Shown here piece by piece: positions 22,000 through 31,747 of a DNA stretch of 64,000 nt. A program made the position numbers and the translations under genes. The notes below the pieces were generated by a model. It was not told the DNA's origin. It was given only the letters and a program-made list of their open reading frames with translations, and made no database searches. The DNA comes from Candidatus Atelocyanobacterium thalassae (lineage in GTDB: Bacteria > Cyanobacteriota > Cyanobacteriia > Cyanobacteriales > Microcystaceae). Where the stretch lies: positions 416,001 through 480,000 of the forward strand of contig JBFPLN010000003.1 in assembly GCA_051971635.1 (NCBI GenBank), in the 5' to 3' direction. Positions within the stretch are counted from its first letter, which is position 1; every line of letters begins with the position of its first letter.

Positions 22000-23130
22000 T
22001 CATTTTATAAGAGTTAAATCAGAATCTTTATAGTAATGGCTTAAAATCCGATAATAAGGAATATTTTGTTTCGCTAAATAATAACTCCCCCACTGACTCA
22101 TCCCAATTCCATGTCCAAAACCTCTTCCTTTAATTATAAAAAGTCCTCTATCAGCTGATACTTTAAATACAGTACTTTTTAATTTTAATATTTTACGTAA
22201 TTCTAGTCCTGAGATTTTTCGAGAACCTTGGTTGCCTAAAATGTTCACGGTTATTATACGGTCACTTTGACTAATTTTTTCAGGGATTAGTGAATGAATT
22301 GAACCCAGACCATTTATCAATCGGTTCATTTCTGTTTGACTAAAAGTCTTATTCCACAAAAATACAGGAGATAGATGATCATAATCTGGAACTCCTTGCA
22401 AATAAGATAAAGGAGAGTTCCATACATTTTCAACGTTTTCTGTATATCCCCCAGAAGATGAATGAAATACAGATAAAATAAGCTTTTTACTTTGAGTCAA
22501 AACCTCTCTAGAAGTCATTTTAACTGCATTATGAGTAGCTAGAGACTCTGTCTCTATACCCCTATAAATTTGGGTTTTAGTAGTTGTATCTAAGTCATAA
22601 TATGTATTACTTGAGGTAGATGTTCTAAAAAGTGCGTAAGTACGTGCGACTACTGCTTGAGCTTTCAGAGCTTCCTTAGGCCATGTAGGATAGGATTCAC
22701 CTCCGACAACACTATAGAGATATTCATCTAAATCTACTAAATTGATAACTACTATTCCTTTTTTCTGATGAATAAGTAATATTTTTCCTCGATACCATCG
22801 ATTATTTATCCAGACTACGCCTTTTCCTTGAGGCTCTATCAAAAAATAACTTAGCTTCCAATGTTTAAGACTAATCTGGTTTTGATTGGATAGCCTTACT
22901 TTAAAGCTATTTAAAGGAGCTAGTGTACCTACTTGTTTTCCTTGACTATTGATAACACTAGCCGGAGAAGAACTACCTACATATAAAGTTTTTACATTTT
23001 TTTCAATAGCAATACGAAGTTCTGTAGAAGCATATGTAGATGGACAAGAAAATAATACTATATAAAATATTAAACTTCTAAAAAGCGCGATGATAAATGG
23101 ATTTTTTAAACTTATTATCATAAATTTCAC
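22000..23130 (-). CDS. SpoIID/LytB domain protein (putative lytic transglycosylase)
   Basis: EYLYSVVGGE, EALKAQAVVARTY, FHSSSGG.TE, GRGFGHGIGMSQWG. Confidence 0.93.
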   Translation of the reverse strand: MKFMIISLKNPFIIALFRSLIFYIVLFSCPSTYASTELRIAIEKNVKTLYVGSSSPASVINSQGKQVGTLAPLNSFKVRLSNQNQISLKHWKLSYFLIEPQGKGVVWINNRWYRGKILLIHQKKGIVVINLVDLDEYLYSVVGGESYPTWPKEALKAQAVVARTYALFRTSTSSNTYYDLDTTTKTQIYRGIETESLATHNAVKMTSREVLTQSKKLILSVFHSSSGGYTENVENVWNSPLSYLQGVPDYDHLSPVFLWNKTFSQTEMNRLINGLGSIHSLIPEKISQSDRIITVNILGNQGSRKISGLELRKILKLKSTVFKVSADRGLFIIKGRGFGHGIGMSQWGSYYLAKQNIPYYRILSHYYKDSDLTLIK

Positions 23131-23238
23131 TTTTTAAATCCTCATAGATATATAAAAGCTATATTATATTTAATGTGTTATGAAATTTTAGGCCTATAGC
23201 TTTAGATAAACTTGATAAATTTTAAATATAAATAATAA

Positions 23239-23288
23239 AATTAGGCTTCAAAGCTGTTTACAAAATTAAAAAGCTTCAAAGCCTAATT
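23239..23288 (-). terminator. imperfect hairpin downstream of nrdA
   Basis: aattaggcttcaaagctgttt / aaaaagcttcaaagcctaatt arms with 3 mismatches. Confidence 0.5.
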
Positions 23289-23341
23289 ATAATCCTATTG
23301 GCTAAAAATAAGAATAACTGACATTTTACTCATAGTAATAA

Positions 23342-25654
23342 CTAATTTGCGCAAGAAGTACAAGCACTGTCAGAATCCTTAAAGTCATCTTTTTGAACAG
23401 TTCTAACATAATAAATAGCCTTACATCCATCTTTCCAAGCTGTTAAGAACATTTTGAAAATATCTATAGCTGATAGAGAACGGTCAGGCTCATCAGGTAA
23501 ATAAATTCCTTGATTTAAATTAAATAACAACTCCATAGATATGCCAGTATCTATCCATTGTTGTATTATTGAAACTGCTTTAATAACTTTCTGCTGATCT
23601 AAAACTTTATTTTCATGGTAGAACCAAAAAGACTCTTTTATAAAGGGGGGAGCAATAGGTACTGTTCCTTTTGCCCATTTATCATAAAAGAAACGACTAT
23701 AAACAGGAAGAATACTTGCTGTACAGCCCTGCACTAGAGAAGAAGAAGTATTAGGAGCTATTGCCGTAATATGAGAGTTACGAATACCATAAGTTTTAAT
23801 ATTCTCTGATAACTTTACCCAACGCTCTTTTTGGGAGGCATTTTCTATAAACCAATCAACAGATTTTGAGCCTATTAATTTGCCTTTACTCCAATCACTT
23901 CCTGTAAATGCGTTGTATGCACCTCGTTCTTTAGACAGTTCCATAGAAGTATGAGTACACCAGTAACCAACTTCCTCGAACAATTGACTAATTTCGTCTA
24001 AACTATCATAAGTTAAAAATCTCTTTGCTAACCAATCAGCTAATCCCATGCATCCAACTCCGATGGTCCGATACCTATCATTATGAACTTTTGCGTAGCT
24101 GAACGGAGGATTAGTAATATCTATAGTGTTATCCAAAATTCGGACTGCTAAACTTGAAAGATAACCAAGTTCAGTTTCATCTACATTTGCTAGATTTAAA
24201 CTTACTAAATTACAACAGTGACTTTCTTTCCTAGGAGCAACATTAGAGAAAGACTCTGTACATAAGTTGACTCCTGGAATATATCCAACGTGTTTATTAG
24301 GATTAGCTCGGTTTATAGTATCTTTAAAAGCTAAATAAGGCATTCCTGTCTCTACCTGAGAACGCATTATAGTTTTAAATAATTCACGGGCATTAATTTT
24401 TTTATAAAGAGTAATTTTATTTCCTAATTCAGACTCTATTAATTTGTAAGCCTCTTCAAATTCTTCACCCCACAATTCTGCCAATTCAATGCCAAGTTTT
24501 ATTCGTACCTCATAAGGATCAACCAATGTCCATTCTTGCTTATTCTCAACTCGTCGCATAAATTCATCTGTTAAGACTAGCTGAGGAAAAACATCATAGG
24601 CCTTACGTCTCTGATCGCCATTTTCTGTCTGCATTTCCAAAAATTCTGGAATATCTAGATGCCAAACATCTACCCCAATAGTAATGGCTCCAGCTCTTCT
24701 TCCTCCTTGATTAACAGCTATTGCTGTGTCATTTAACAATTTAATCCAAGGAATAATACCCCCAGAAGCATTAGATTTACCCATTACCCAACTTCCTGTA
24801 GCTCTAATACGGCTAACATTAGCTCCGACTCCGCCACCATTTTTAGAGATTCTAGCTGCATTAGTTACGCCTTCACAAATACTTTCTAGATCATCATCAA
24901 TGGCTATGATAAAGCAACTAGTTAATGAACCTTCTGGAACTCTTAAGTTTGCTAGGATTGGAGTAGCTAAAGATATTTTACGCATGGCAATAGCTTCATA
25001 AAAGCGTTTAGCCCAAGGTAATCGATTTTGAGGAGCTTCAACTATTGCTAATAGTAAGGAACAGGTTAATAAAGCTTCTTGAGGTAGTTCATCTGGTAAT
25101 AGATAGCGACTACTTAAAAGTACCGCTCCGGCATAATCATAGTCTATGTCCCAGTCTGAATTAATCCAGGAACCTGCTTCTTGCAATTCTTCTAAAGAAT
25201 AAACAAGCAAACGTTTATCATATTGATGATTTTCTACTTTAGTTTGAACAGTAACTTCGTATTTATCATATTGATAACCACGGCTAACTAAAATATTTTT
25301 CCAAAGGCTCCAAATGTGAAGTCTGCCAGCAACATAACGCCAATCTGGCTCTTGGGGACTACACATCTCTAAGGAGCAGTTGATCAGATTATTTTGAATA
25401 TCCTTTGTAGTAATGCCATCACGTAAGCGGGTAGTTAATCCCGCTTCTAAGGCAATACTATTTACATCTTTGCCAGAACATGCCCAACTAACGACGGCAC
25501 GTATTTTTCCAATATCAAGAGCAGTCCAAGATCCATCTCGTCGTTCTACCTTAATTTTACTTGCTCCTAAGTTTGAATAGTGATTAAGGTGAGATGTGTT
25601 CGTGTCTCCTGGATTATTTTGCTGAGAGAAATTTGAGACAGTAGATTGCATCAT
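23342..25654 (-). CDS. nrdA: class I ribonucleoside-diphosphate reductase alpha subunit with N-terminal ATP cone
   Basis: KVERRDG ATP-cone start, ATPILAN, TSCF, NLCTE, APNTSSS, IYYVRT tyrosine pair, C-terminal CTSC. Confidence 0.95.
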   Translation of the reverse strand: MMQSTVSNFSQQNNPGDTNTSHLNHYSNLGASKIKVERRDGSWTALDIGKIRAVVSWACSGKDVNSIALEAGLTTRLRDGITTKDIQNNLINCSLEMCSPQEPDWRYVAGRLHIWSLWKNILVSRGYQYDKYEVTVQTKVENHQYDKRLLVYSLEELQEAGSWINSDWDIDYDYAGAVLLSSRYLLPDELPQEALLTCSLLLAIVEAPQNRLPWAKRFYEAIAMRKISLATPILANLRVPEGSLTSCFIIAIDDDLESICEGVTNAARISKNGGGVGANVSRIRATGSWVMGKSNASGGIIPWIKLLNDTAIAVNQGGRRAGAITIGVDVWHLDIPEFLEMQTENGDQRRKAYDVFPQLVLTDEFMRRVENKQEWTLVDPYEVRIKLGIELAELWGEEFEEAYKLIESELGNKITLYKKINARELFKTIMRSQVETGMPYLAFKDTINRANPNKHVGYIPGVNLCTESFSNVAPRKESHCCNLVSLNLANVDETELGYLSSLAVRILDNTIDITNPPFSYAKVHNDRYRTIGVGCMGLADWLAKRFLTYDSLDEISQLFEEVGYWCTHTSMELSKERGAYNAFTGSDWSKGKLIGSKSVDWFIENASQKERWVKLSENIKTYGIRNSHITAIAPNTSSSLVQGCTASILPVYSRFFYDKWAKGTVPIAPPFIKESFWFYHENKVLDQQKVIKAVSIIQQWIDTGISMELLFNLNQGIYLPDEPDRSLSAIDIFKMFLTAWKDGCKAIYYVRTVQKDDFKDSDSACTSCAN

Positions 25655-26631
25655 TTACACTAAATAAATTATGACTAAGAAAAAACTAATAAATTGTATG
25701 CTTGAATTTTGTTACTTTTGTATCAACTTGAGAAGGATACATTTTCGTTATACCATACATGTGTTGTGATACATGGTATGTTTTTACTAAGAACTCTACA
25801 GAGAAAGTAGAAAAACAACATTTTTGTCAAATAGATTTCTAGAAAAAAATATAAATTCATAAATGAAAATCCTACGCTTAATCCATAGAATACTAAGGTG
25901 ATTATTAAGAAGATTTAATATCCTGTATAGTGTTTAAATATTATTTATTCAATGCGAAAAAAACACAACATGTAATTAATTATATAAATAACTACATAGT
26001 CTTAAGTAAAGATAATAAAAGCCTACCTTAAAAACTCTCTATATTTCTAGGCATAGTTTTTTATAAATTTGCACTTTATTAATACTTAAATTTTAAAACA
26101 AAGGAAAATTTTAAGTTGATTAAAGAAATGTAAAGTTAATTTACATTATCAAGTCTACATCATTTTACATCACTGGTTGTTTAAATATATTTTTATGGAA
26201 TTATTCCACAGGTAAACTATCATACCATCCTATTGTCTATTATTTAAGTATATTCAGAATATTTTTTATTATCTAGTTATCAATAATTCAATTATAGTTT
26301 TTAACTTAAAATATTACTATTATTGTAAATAAGATATATTAGCATTTCTTAACTAATAACCATTTAAGTATTAAAAAAAATATTTAATAAGTTATGATAC
26401 GATTTAACTTTTTCTTTTAAGTATAAATTTTTTATGTTTTATAAACTTCTCATTTTTTAGATTATCCAATAATGAATAATCTGAAAATTCATATAGCTAT
26501 TTTAAACTGATTAGAATCTTACTATTAATTATGATGGTTCTGACTGACAGAATATTGAAGATTCTATGGCTATTAGACTATTTAATCAAGATTAGTTGAA
26601 TTATTTGAGTAAACACAAAGTCATTAACTTT

Positions 26632-27393
26632 CTATTTATCAAGACTATCAATATTTCTTAGGTTTTTATTTTCTTCGTTATATTTTGACTCTGATTTTTC
26701 GAGAGGTTGGTAATCAACATAATTAACATGACTATAATTACTTGTCTCAGGACTAAATTTTTTATTCCTATTTTGCTTATTAAATCTTGATTTATTGTTT
26801 CGAGAGGCGCGAGATGAATCTGAGTTATTTTCCCACATATCATTTACATTTTCCCAAGCATCATAATTATCAGTGTAATTGCGGCTAGGACGATTTCTAA
26901 CTCTGGAAGGTGAACGATTACTTCTGGGCTGGCGAATTCTCTCTTCATTACTTAATCTACGATTATTACGCGAGTCATTAGTACCTTTTAAACGAGGGTT
27001 ATTGCGATAGTTTGGAGATTCATCCTCATAAGAGGTTAAATTATCAAGTTCAGCTTCAGTATATACGCGAGTTTTACTAACCCTGCGCCCATTATCAACA
27101 AATGAAGAACTACGTTTAGCCTGCTCTGCAGTGGCTCCTCTTAAGCGAATACTTTCTGCAGCAAAAAATATAGCTGATCCTGTTAATAAAAATTGTCCAA
27201 ATTGCAAAATAGGATCTAATCTCCATCCTTGAAATAGTAAGATTAATCCACACAATAAACCAACTGCAGCAAAAAATATATCATGATCTCGTGATAGTTC
27301 TGGTCGCACAGAACGTAAAAAATATAAACCTGCTCCGGCTATCGCTAAAAATATTCCCAGCACACTCGCTGAATTCAGTCCAAAATTAACCAT
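26632..27393 (-). CDS. ycf66: Ycf66 family protein
   Basis: LYFLRSVRPELSRDHDIFF, QGWRLDPILQFGQ; R/N/S-rich low-complexity tail. Confidence 0.93.
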   Translation of the reverse strand: MVNFGLNSASVLGIFLAIAGAGLYFLRSVRPELSRDHDIFFAAVGLLCGLILLFQGWRLDPILQFGQFLLTGSAIFFAAESIRLRGATAEQAKRSSSFVDNGRRVSKTRVYTEAELDNLTSYEDESPNYRNNPRLKGTNDSRNNRRLSNEERIRQPRSNRSPSRVRNRPSRNYTDNYDAWENVNDMWENNSDSSRASRNNKSRFNKQNRNKKFSPETSNYSHVNYVDYQPLEKSESKYNEENKNLRNIDSLDK

Positions 27394-27695
27394 TACTAAT
27401 CTCCATTCCCTGTTTTAATAATAACGAATTTTTGCGAATCATCTCCATCTCTTATAAATAATTGACACAGTAGTTATTACTTATGATTTTAAAAGTGATT
27501 AATAAAAAACTGCTTACTTATTAAATATAATAAAAATAATAAGTAAAAGAAAACCTTACTGTTTATATTTATTTTGATTGCTATAAATTACTCAAAGTTG
27601 ATATGAATAAATGCTATTAACTTTGATATAGAATCTATTTATAAATAGTATTATTTTTTACGAGGCTTTTAAGCTAATTACTTATAGTAAAAAAT

Positions 27696-29150
27696 TCAAT
27701 TTTTTTTAGCTTTATCACTTATTGTCAAAGCTTTTTTATAAGCATCATCTAAGACTTCAGAAAGCGTTGGATGGGTGTGAATATTAAATGCTAAGTTTTG
27801 TACAGTTTGATAGTGGCCAATGGAGTTAGCAGCCTCTTGAATTAAGTCAGAGGCATGAGGACCAATAATATGTGCTCCTAATAATTCTCCAGTATCTTTT
27901 CGAAAAACAATTTTAACGAATCCGTCGGCCTCTCCTTCTGCAAGCGCTTTAGAATTTCCTTTGAAATAAGCTTTGACTGAGGAAATTTCAAAATTTTCTA
28001 ATTTACCCAGCTCTTTTGCTGCAGATTCGGTGAGTCCTACATAACTAATTTCAGGATCAGTAAAAGTTGCTGCCGGTATACTTCGGTAATCTATTTCTAT
28101 GCTACGACCACAAATATTTTCAACAGCGATGACTCCTTGTCCAGATGCTACATGAGCTAGCATCATCTTGCCAGTTGCATCTCCTATTGACCATACATGA
28201 GGAACAACCTGGTCATTATTCATCACCTGCATTTTATTATTAATAGGAATAAACCCCTTTTGTAATTCAATACCAAGGTTGTTTAGACCAAGGTCATTAG
28301 TCGCAGGAATACGACCTGTAGCGACTAGACAAGCATCAACCTCTAGAATATCTACTAATTGCTTAGTTTTAACATCTGTTAGCTCAATAATAACAGGCTT
28401 ACCTGGGATTATCCTACTTGCGAAAACACCAGAATAGGTTTCAATATCACGAGAGTCAATCAATTTTCGCTGAGCAAATTTAGAAATTTCAGCATCAAAT
28501 CCAGGAATTAAATTATCTAGAGCTTCCACCATAGTAACTTCACAACCTAATGCATTATAGATATCAGAAAATTCTAGTCCAATATAACCACTACCAATAA
28601 TAGCGATCCATTGAGGCAATTCTTTTAGTTTTACTGCCTCATCACTTGTGAAGACAGTATAACTATCAATTTCTATTCCAGGAGGAACAAAGGGACTGGA
28701 ACCAGGAGAGAGAATAATGTTTTCTGCAGTAATTTTTTTCTGTTCTCCATTATTTTTTAGTACCTTAATTGTTTGGTTATCAATAATTTCTCCTTGGCCA
28801 TATATGATTTCCACCTTTAAATGTTTAAGGCTATTTATAAGGTCTTGACGAATTTTATTTACTAAGCTTGTTGCATGATTGGCAATTTTTCCTTTATCGA
28901 ATTTTACATCTTGAATTTGAATTCCTAATTCTTCAAGATGATTAAAATTGTGTAATTCTCTTACTTTTTTTGCTGCTGCCAATAAAGCTTTTGAAGGAAT
29001 ACAACCACGGTTGACACAAGTACCGCCCATATCTCTTTTTTCTATTAAAGCAATTTTCAAACCACATTTAACTCCATGAATAGCAGCTGCATGTCCTCCT
29101 ACTCCCCCACCAATAATAATCAAGTCGTAATCAAAATCTTTTTTGTTCAT
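27696..29150 (-). CDS. lpdA: dihydrolipoamide dehydrogenase (E3)
   Basis: GGTCVNRGCIPSKALL, IIGSGYIGLE, HTHPTLSE. Confidence 0.96.
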   Translation of the reverse strand: MNKKDFDYDLIIIGGGVGGHAAAIHGVKCGLKIALIEKRDMGGTCVNRGCIPSKALLAAAKKVRELHNFNHLEELGIQIQDVKFDKGKIANHATSLVNKIRQDLINSLKHLKVEIIYGQGEIIDNQTIKVLKNNGEQKKITAENIILSPGSSPFVPPGIEIDSYTVFTSDEAVKLKELPQWIAIIGSGYIGLEFSDIYNALGCEVTMVEALDNLIPGFDAEISKFAQRKLIDSRDIETYSGVFASRIIPGKPVIIELTDVKTKQLVDILEVDACLVATGRIPATNDLGLNNLGIELQKGFIPINNKMQVMNNDQVVPHVWSIGDATGKMMLAHVASGQGVIAVENICGRSIEIDYRSIPAATFTDPEISYVGLTESAAKELGKLENFEISSVKAYFKGNSKALAEGEADGFVKIVFRKDTGELLGAHIIGPHASDLIQEAANSIGHYQTVQNLAFNIHTHPTLSEVLDDAYKKALTISDKAKKN

Positions 29151-29498
29151 ATTTTTTCTCTCTTATATTTAATATATTTAAATGATTTTATTTTACTGCA
29201 AAGTATATACTCTGATGATAGATCTTTTTCAGGAAAAGATGTCTACAAGAGTTTCATTTTTTACAATCATCTATTTAGTTAATACAGATATTAGTATGAG
29301 TTCCATATTAAAGTTTTATTTAAAGAAAACCATGTTTAGAAAATTAAAAAGTATAGAAAATTTGTACTATTATCTTTGAGATTACATCATAAAGTGATAC
29401 GTATGATTATTTAGTATATCTGGTCAAAGTATAGGAATCTAAGAACAACCTAGTTATCCTTTTAAAAAAATATCAAAGAAATATAACTATATACAATT

Positions 29499-29526
29499 AA
29501 TCTTAAGCTTATACAAGCTTAAGATT
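29499..29526 (-). terminator. hairpin downstream of tRNA-Arg
   Basis: aatcttaagctt-atac-aagcttaagatt perfect 12-bp stem. Confidence 0.55.
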
Positions 29527-29589
29527 TTGGTGGATAAGATGTTCATATTAGTTCCTACAGATTAATTATAAGCTTTATGTATGATTTAA

Positions 29590-29662
29590 TGAATACGGAG
29601 GGATTTGAACCCCCGACACCCAGGACCGGAACCTGGTGCTCTATCCACTGAGCTACGTATCC
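29590..29662 (-). tRNA. tRNA-Arg(CCG)
   Basis: reverse complement GGATACG-TAGCTCAGTGGATAGAGCA-CCAGG TT CCG GT CCTGG ... GTTCAAATC ... CGTATTC-A; CCA not encoded. Confidence 0.96.
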
Positions 29663-29868
29663 AGCAATATTATATTACCATAGTTTATTGATCCGACGCT
29701 AATCAGTATAAATTTATTAAAAAATATATTGTAAAATCCTAAATTTATATGTAATTTTGTATTTTTAATATTGATTTCGATATGATTCAAATAGTAATAA
29801 ATCTGATCGGATATTCAAAAAGCTGAGATGATAAAAATTTACTATGAATTAAGGATCAAAACTCTCTT

Positions 29869-30864
29869 GTGAGCCATACTTCACCAACATTAATGCCACA
29901 TTTTACAGTGTCGTCATCATCAGACAATAACCGTCTAAGACTTTTTTGTGGATCGTCTAACATTGCTCTAGCCCAAGAAATTGCCAGTTATCTAGGGATG
30001 GACATTGGACCGATGATTCGCAAGCGATTCGCCGATGGTGAATTATATGTCCAAATTCAAGAATCAATTCGAGGATGTGATGTTTATCTAATACAGCCTT
30101 GCTGTAATCCTGTAAATGATCATTTTATGGAATTACTAATTATGATCGATGCTTGTCGAAGAGCATCAGCACGTCAAATTACTGCTGTAATCCCTTATTA
30201 TGGTTATGCTAGAGCCGATAGAAAAACAGCGGGACGTGAATCTATTACAGCAAAACTGGTAGCTAATTTAATAACAGAAGCCGGTGCTCACCGAGTTTTA
30301 TCTATGGATTTACATTCTGCTCAAATACAAGGTTACTTCGATATACCTTTTGATCATATATATAGCACTCCAGTACTGCTAGACTATTTTTCTACAAAAG
30401 ATTTATCTGATCTTGTAATTGTTTCTCCGGATGTGGGAGGAGTAGCCAGAGCTAGAGCATTTGCTAAAAAACTTGATGATGCTCCATTAGCAATCATTGA
30501 TAAACGTCGTCAATCTCATAATGTAGCTGAGGTTATGAATATTATTGGGGACGTTAAGAATAAAACGGCTGTTTTAGTTGATGATATGATTGACACAGCT
30601 GGAACAATTACGAAGGGAGCAAATTTACTTCGTGAAGAAGGAGCAAGAAGGGTTTATGCTTGTGCTACTCATGCTGTATTCTCTGGTCCTGCGATTTCAC
30701 GACTTTCAAGCGGTGTTCTAGAAGAGGTAATCGTTACGAATACGATTCCAATTCCTGAAACAAACTGTTTTAAGCAACTTACTGTACTGTCTGTAGCTAA
30801 TCTGTTAGGAGAAGCTATTTGGCGTGTTCATGAAGATACATCTGTAAGCAGTATGTTTCGTTAG
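29869..30864 (+). CDS. prs: ribose-phosphate pyrophosphokinase
   Basis: FADGE, PYYGYARADRK, MDLHSAQIQG, VSPDVGG, VDDMIDTAGT; GTG start. Confidence 0.97.
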   Translation: MSHTSPTLMPHFTVSSSSDNNRLRLFCGSSNIALAQEIASYLGMDIGPMIRKRFADGELYVQIQESIRGCDVYLIQPCCNPVNDHFMELLIMIDACRRASARQITAVIPYYGYARADRKTAGRESITAKLVANLITEAGAHRVLSMDLHSAQIQGYFDIPFDHIYSTPVLLDYFSTKDLSDLVIVSPDVGGVARARAFAKKLDDAPLAIIDKRRQSHNVAEVMNIIGDVKNKTAVLVDDMIDTAGTITKGANLLREEGARRVYACATHAVFSGPAISRLSSGVLEEVIVTNTIPIPETNCFKQLTVLSVANLLGEAIWRVHEDTSVSSMFR

Positions 30865-30883
30865 ATTAGTTTTTCGAATGTTC

Positions 30884-30927
30884 TTTAGTAATTCTAACTT
30901 TAATTGAACAAGGTTAGAATTATTAAA
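30884..30927 (+). terminator. hairpin immediately after prs
   Basis: tttagtaattctaacttt / aaggttagaattattaaa 18-bp stem with G-U pairs. Confidence 0.6.
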
Positions 30928-31119
30928 AACATAAAGCATTGTCTAACTCTATAAATATAGTCATAAACTGATTGTTTTTTGAGAGATAAAAGAAATAGCT
31001 AGATTCTTGGTTTTTTAAGGATCAAATACACATAAAGTTAATCATTTTAAATACAGAATAAACATGAGCTTAGCATTCAATAATTCTTATCGGTAAAGTT
31101 ATCTGAGAATTAAAACTGC

Positions 31120-31154
31120 TTTCTATAGGGAAAATATATAATTTCCCTATAGAA
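31120..31154 (-). terminator. hairpin just downstream of the 83-aa ORF
   Basis: tttctatagggaaa / tttccctatagaaa perfect 14-bp stem. Confidence 0.6.
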
Positions 31155-31159
31155 AATAG

Positions 31160-31411
31160 TCATTGCATTTTCATATCTTTAAGCAGAAATGGCATCATTA
31201 TTCCTGTAAAAACGCTAGAAATAATAAGAGCTATAGTAAAGTTTAATCCTACTTCTTGAGAACCAATTAATGTTAATAAACCTTCCAATCCAACTAATAT
31301 GAAAGACCCCAATAAGATCCCAAAAATTAATTGCTTATAAACATAAAGAGGATCACGTAATAACTTGCCTCTAAAAAATAATTTTGCTGAGTACCAAACT
31401 AAATTAAACAT
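31160..31411 (-). CDS. small membrane protein (resembles the Nostoc Asr0690 type, hydrogenase-cluster associated)
   Basis: WYSAKLFFRGKLLRDP start, two TM helices, MPFLLKDMKMQ end; family assignment from memory. Confidence 0.65.
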   Translation of the reverse strand: MFNLVWYSAKLFFRGKLLRDPLYVYKQLIFGILLGSFILVGLEGLLTLIGSQEVGLNFTIALIISSVFTGIMMPFLLKDMKMQ

Positions 31412-31422
31412 ACTTTGTGCTC

Positions 31423-31713
31423 CTAAATAAATTTAAGAATAATTAAACCAATAATAGCTACGGGAATTCCCCCAGCTGGACCTAATAGACCCCCAAGAAT
31501 ACTTGCTAGTTCATACCCTAAGTCTTTCCCAGCCAAAACAATACCGCCAATAGCACCTGAGATGGTTGAAAATAACGCAGCGACAAACAACCAAAAGAAA
31601 CCACTAATTAGAGTTATGTCTCCATTTATTAAGTCAAACAAAAAAGTTTTGACTATAGGGTTTACATTTAGGTGCTCAATAAACACATTCATCTTGAAAG
31701 TCCTCCTAGACAT
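31423..31713 (-). CDS. small Gly-rich membrane protein (resembles the Nostoc Asr0689 type)
   Basis: GAIGGIVLAGKDLGYELASILGGLLGPAG; 11-bp spacing to the next gene. Confidence 0.65.
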   Translation of the reverse strand: MSRRTFKMNVFIEHLNVNPIVKTFLFDLINGDITLISGFFWLFVAALFSTISGAIGGIVLAGKDLGYELASILGGLLGPAGGIPVAIIGLIILKFI

Positions 31714-31747
31714 ATTTTAGATTTATTATCTCTAATAATTTATAAAA

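Noticed and set aside
26632..27060. R/N/S-rich low-complexity segment of Ycf66 as a possible repeat element
   Set aside because: It is the usual disordered Ycf66 tail and shows no DNA-level tandem repeat
27394..27695. Possible trpC deletion scar downstream of lpdA
   Set aside because: lpdA-trpC linkage occurs in some cyanobacteria, but no remnant is visible and the ancestral gene order for this lineage is unknown to me
29182..29379. 65-aa ORF upstream of lpdA
   Set aside because: Composition matches AT-rich spacer DNA (F/K/I/Y-rich) and no family is recognisable
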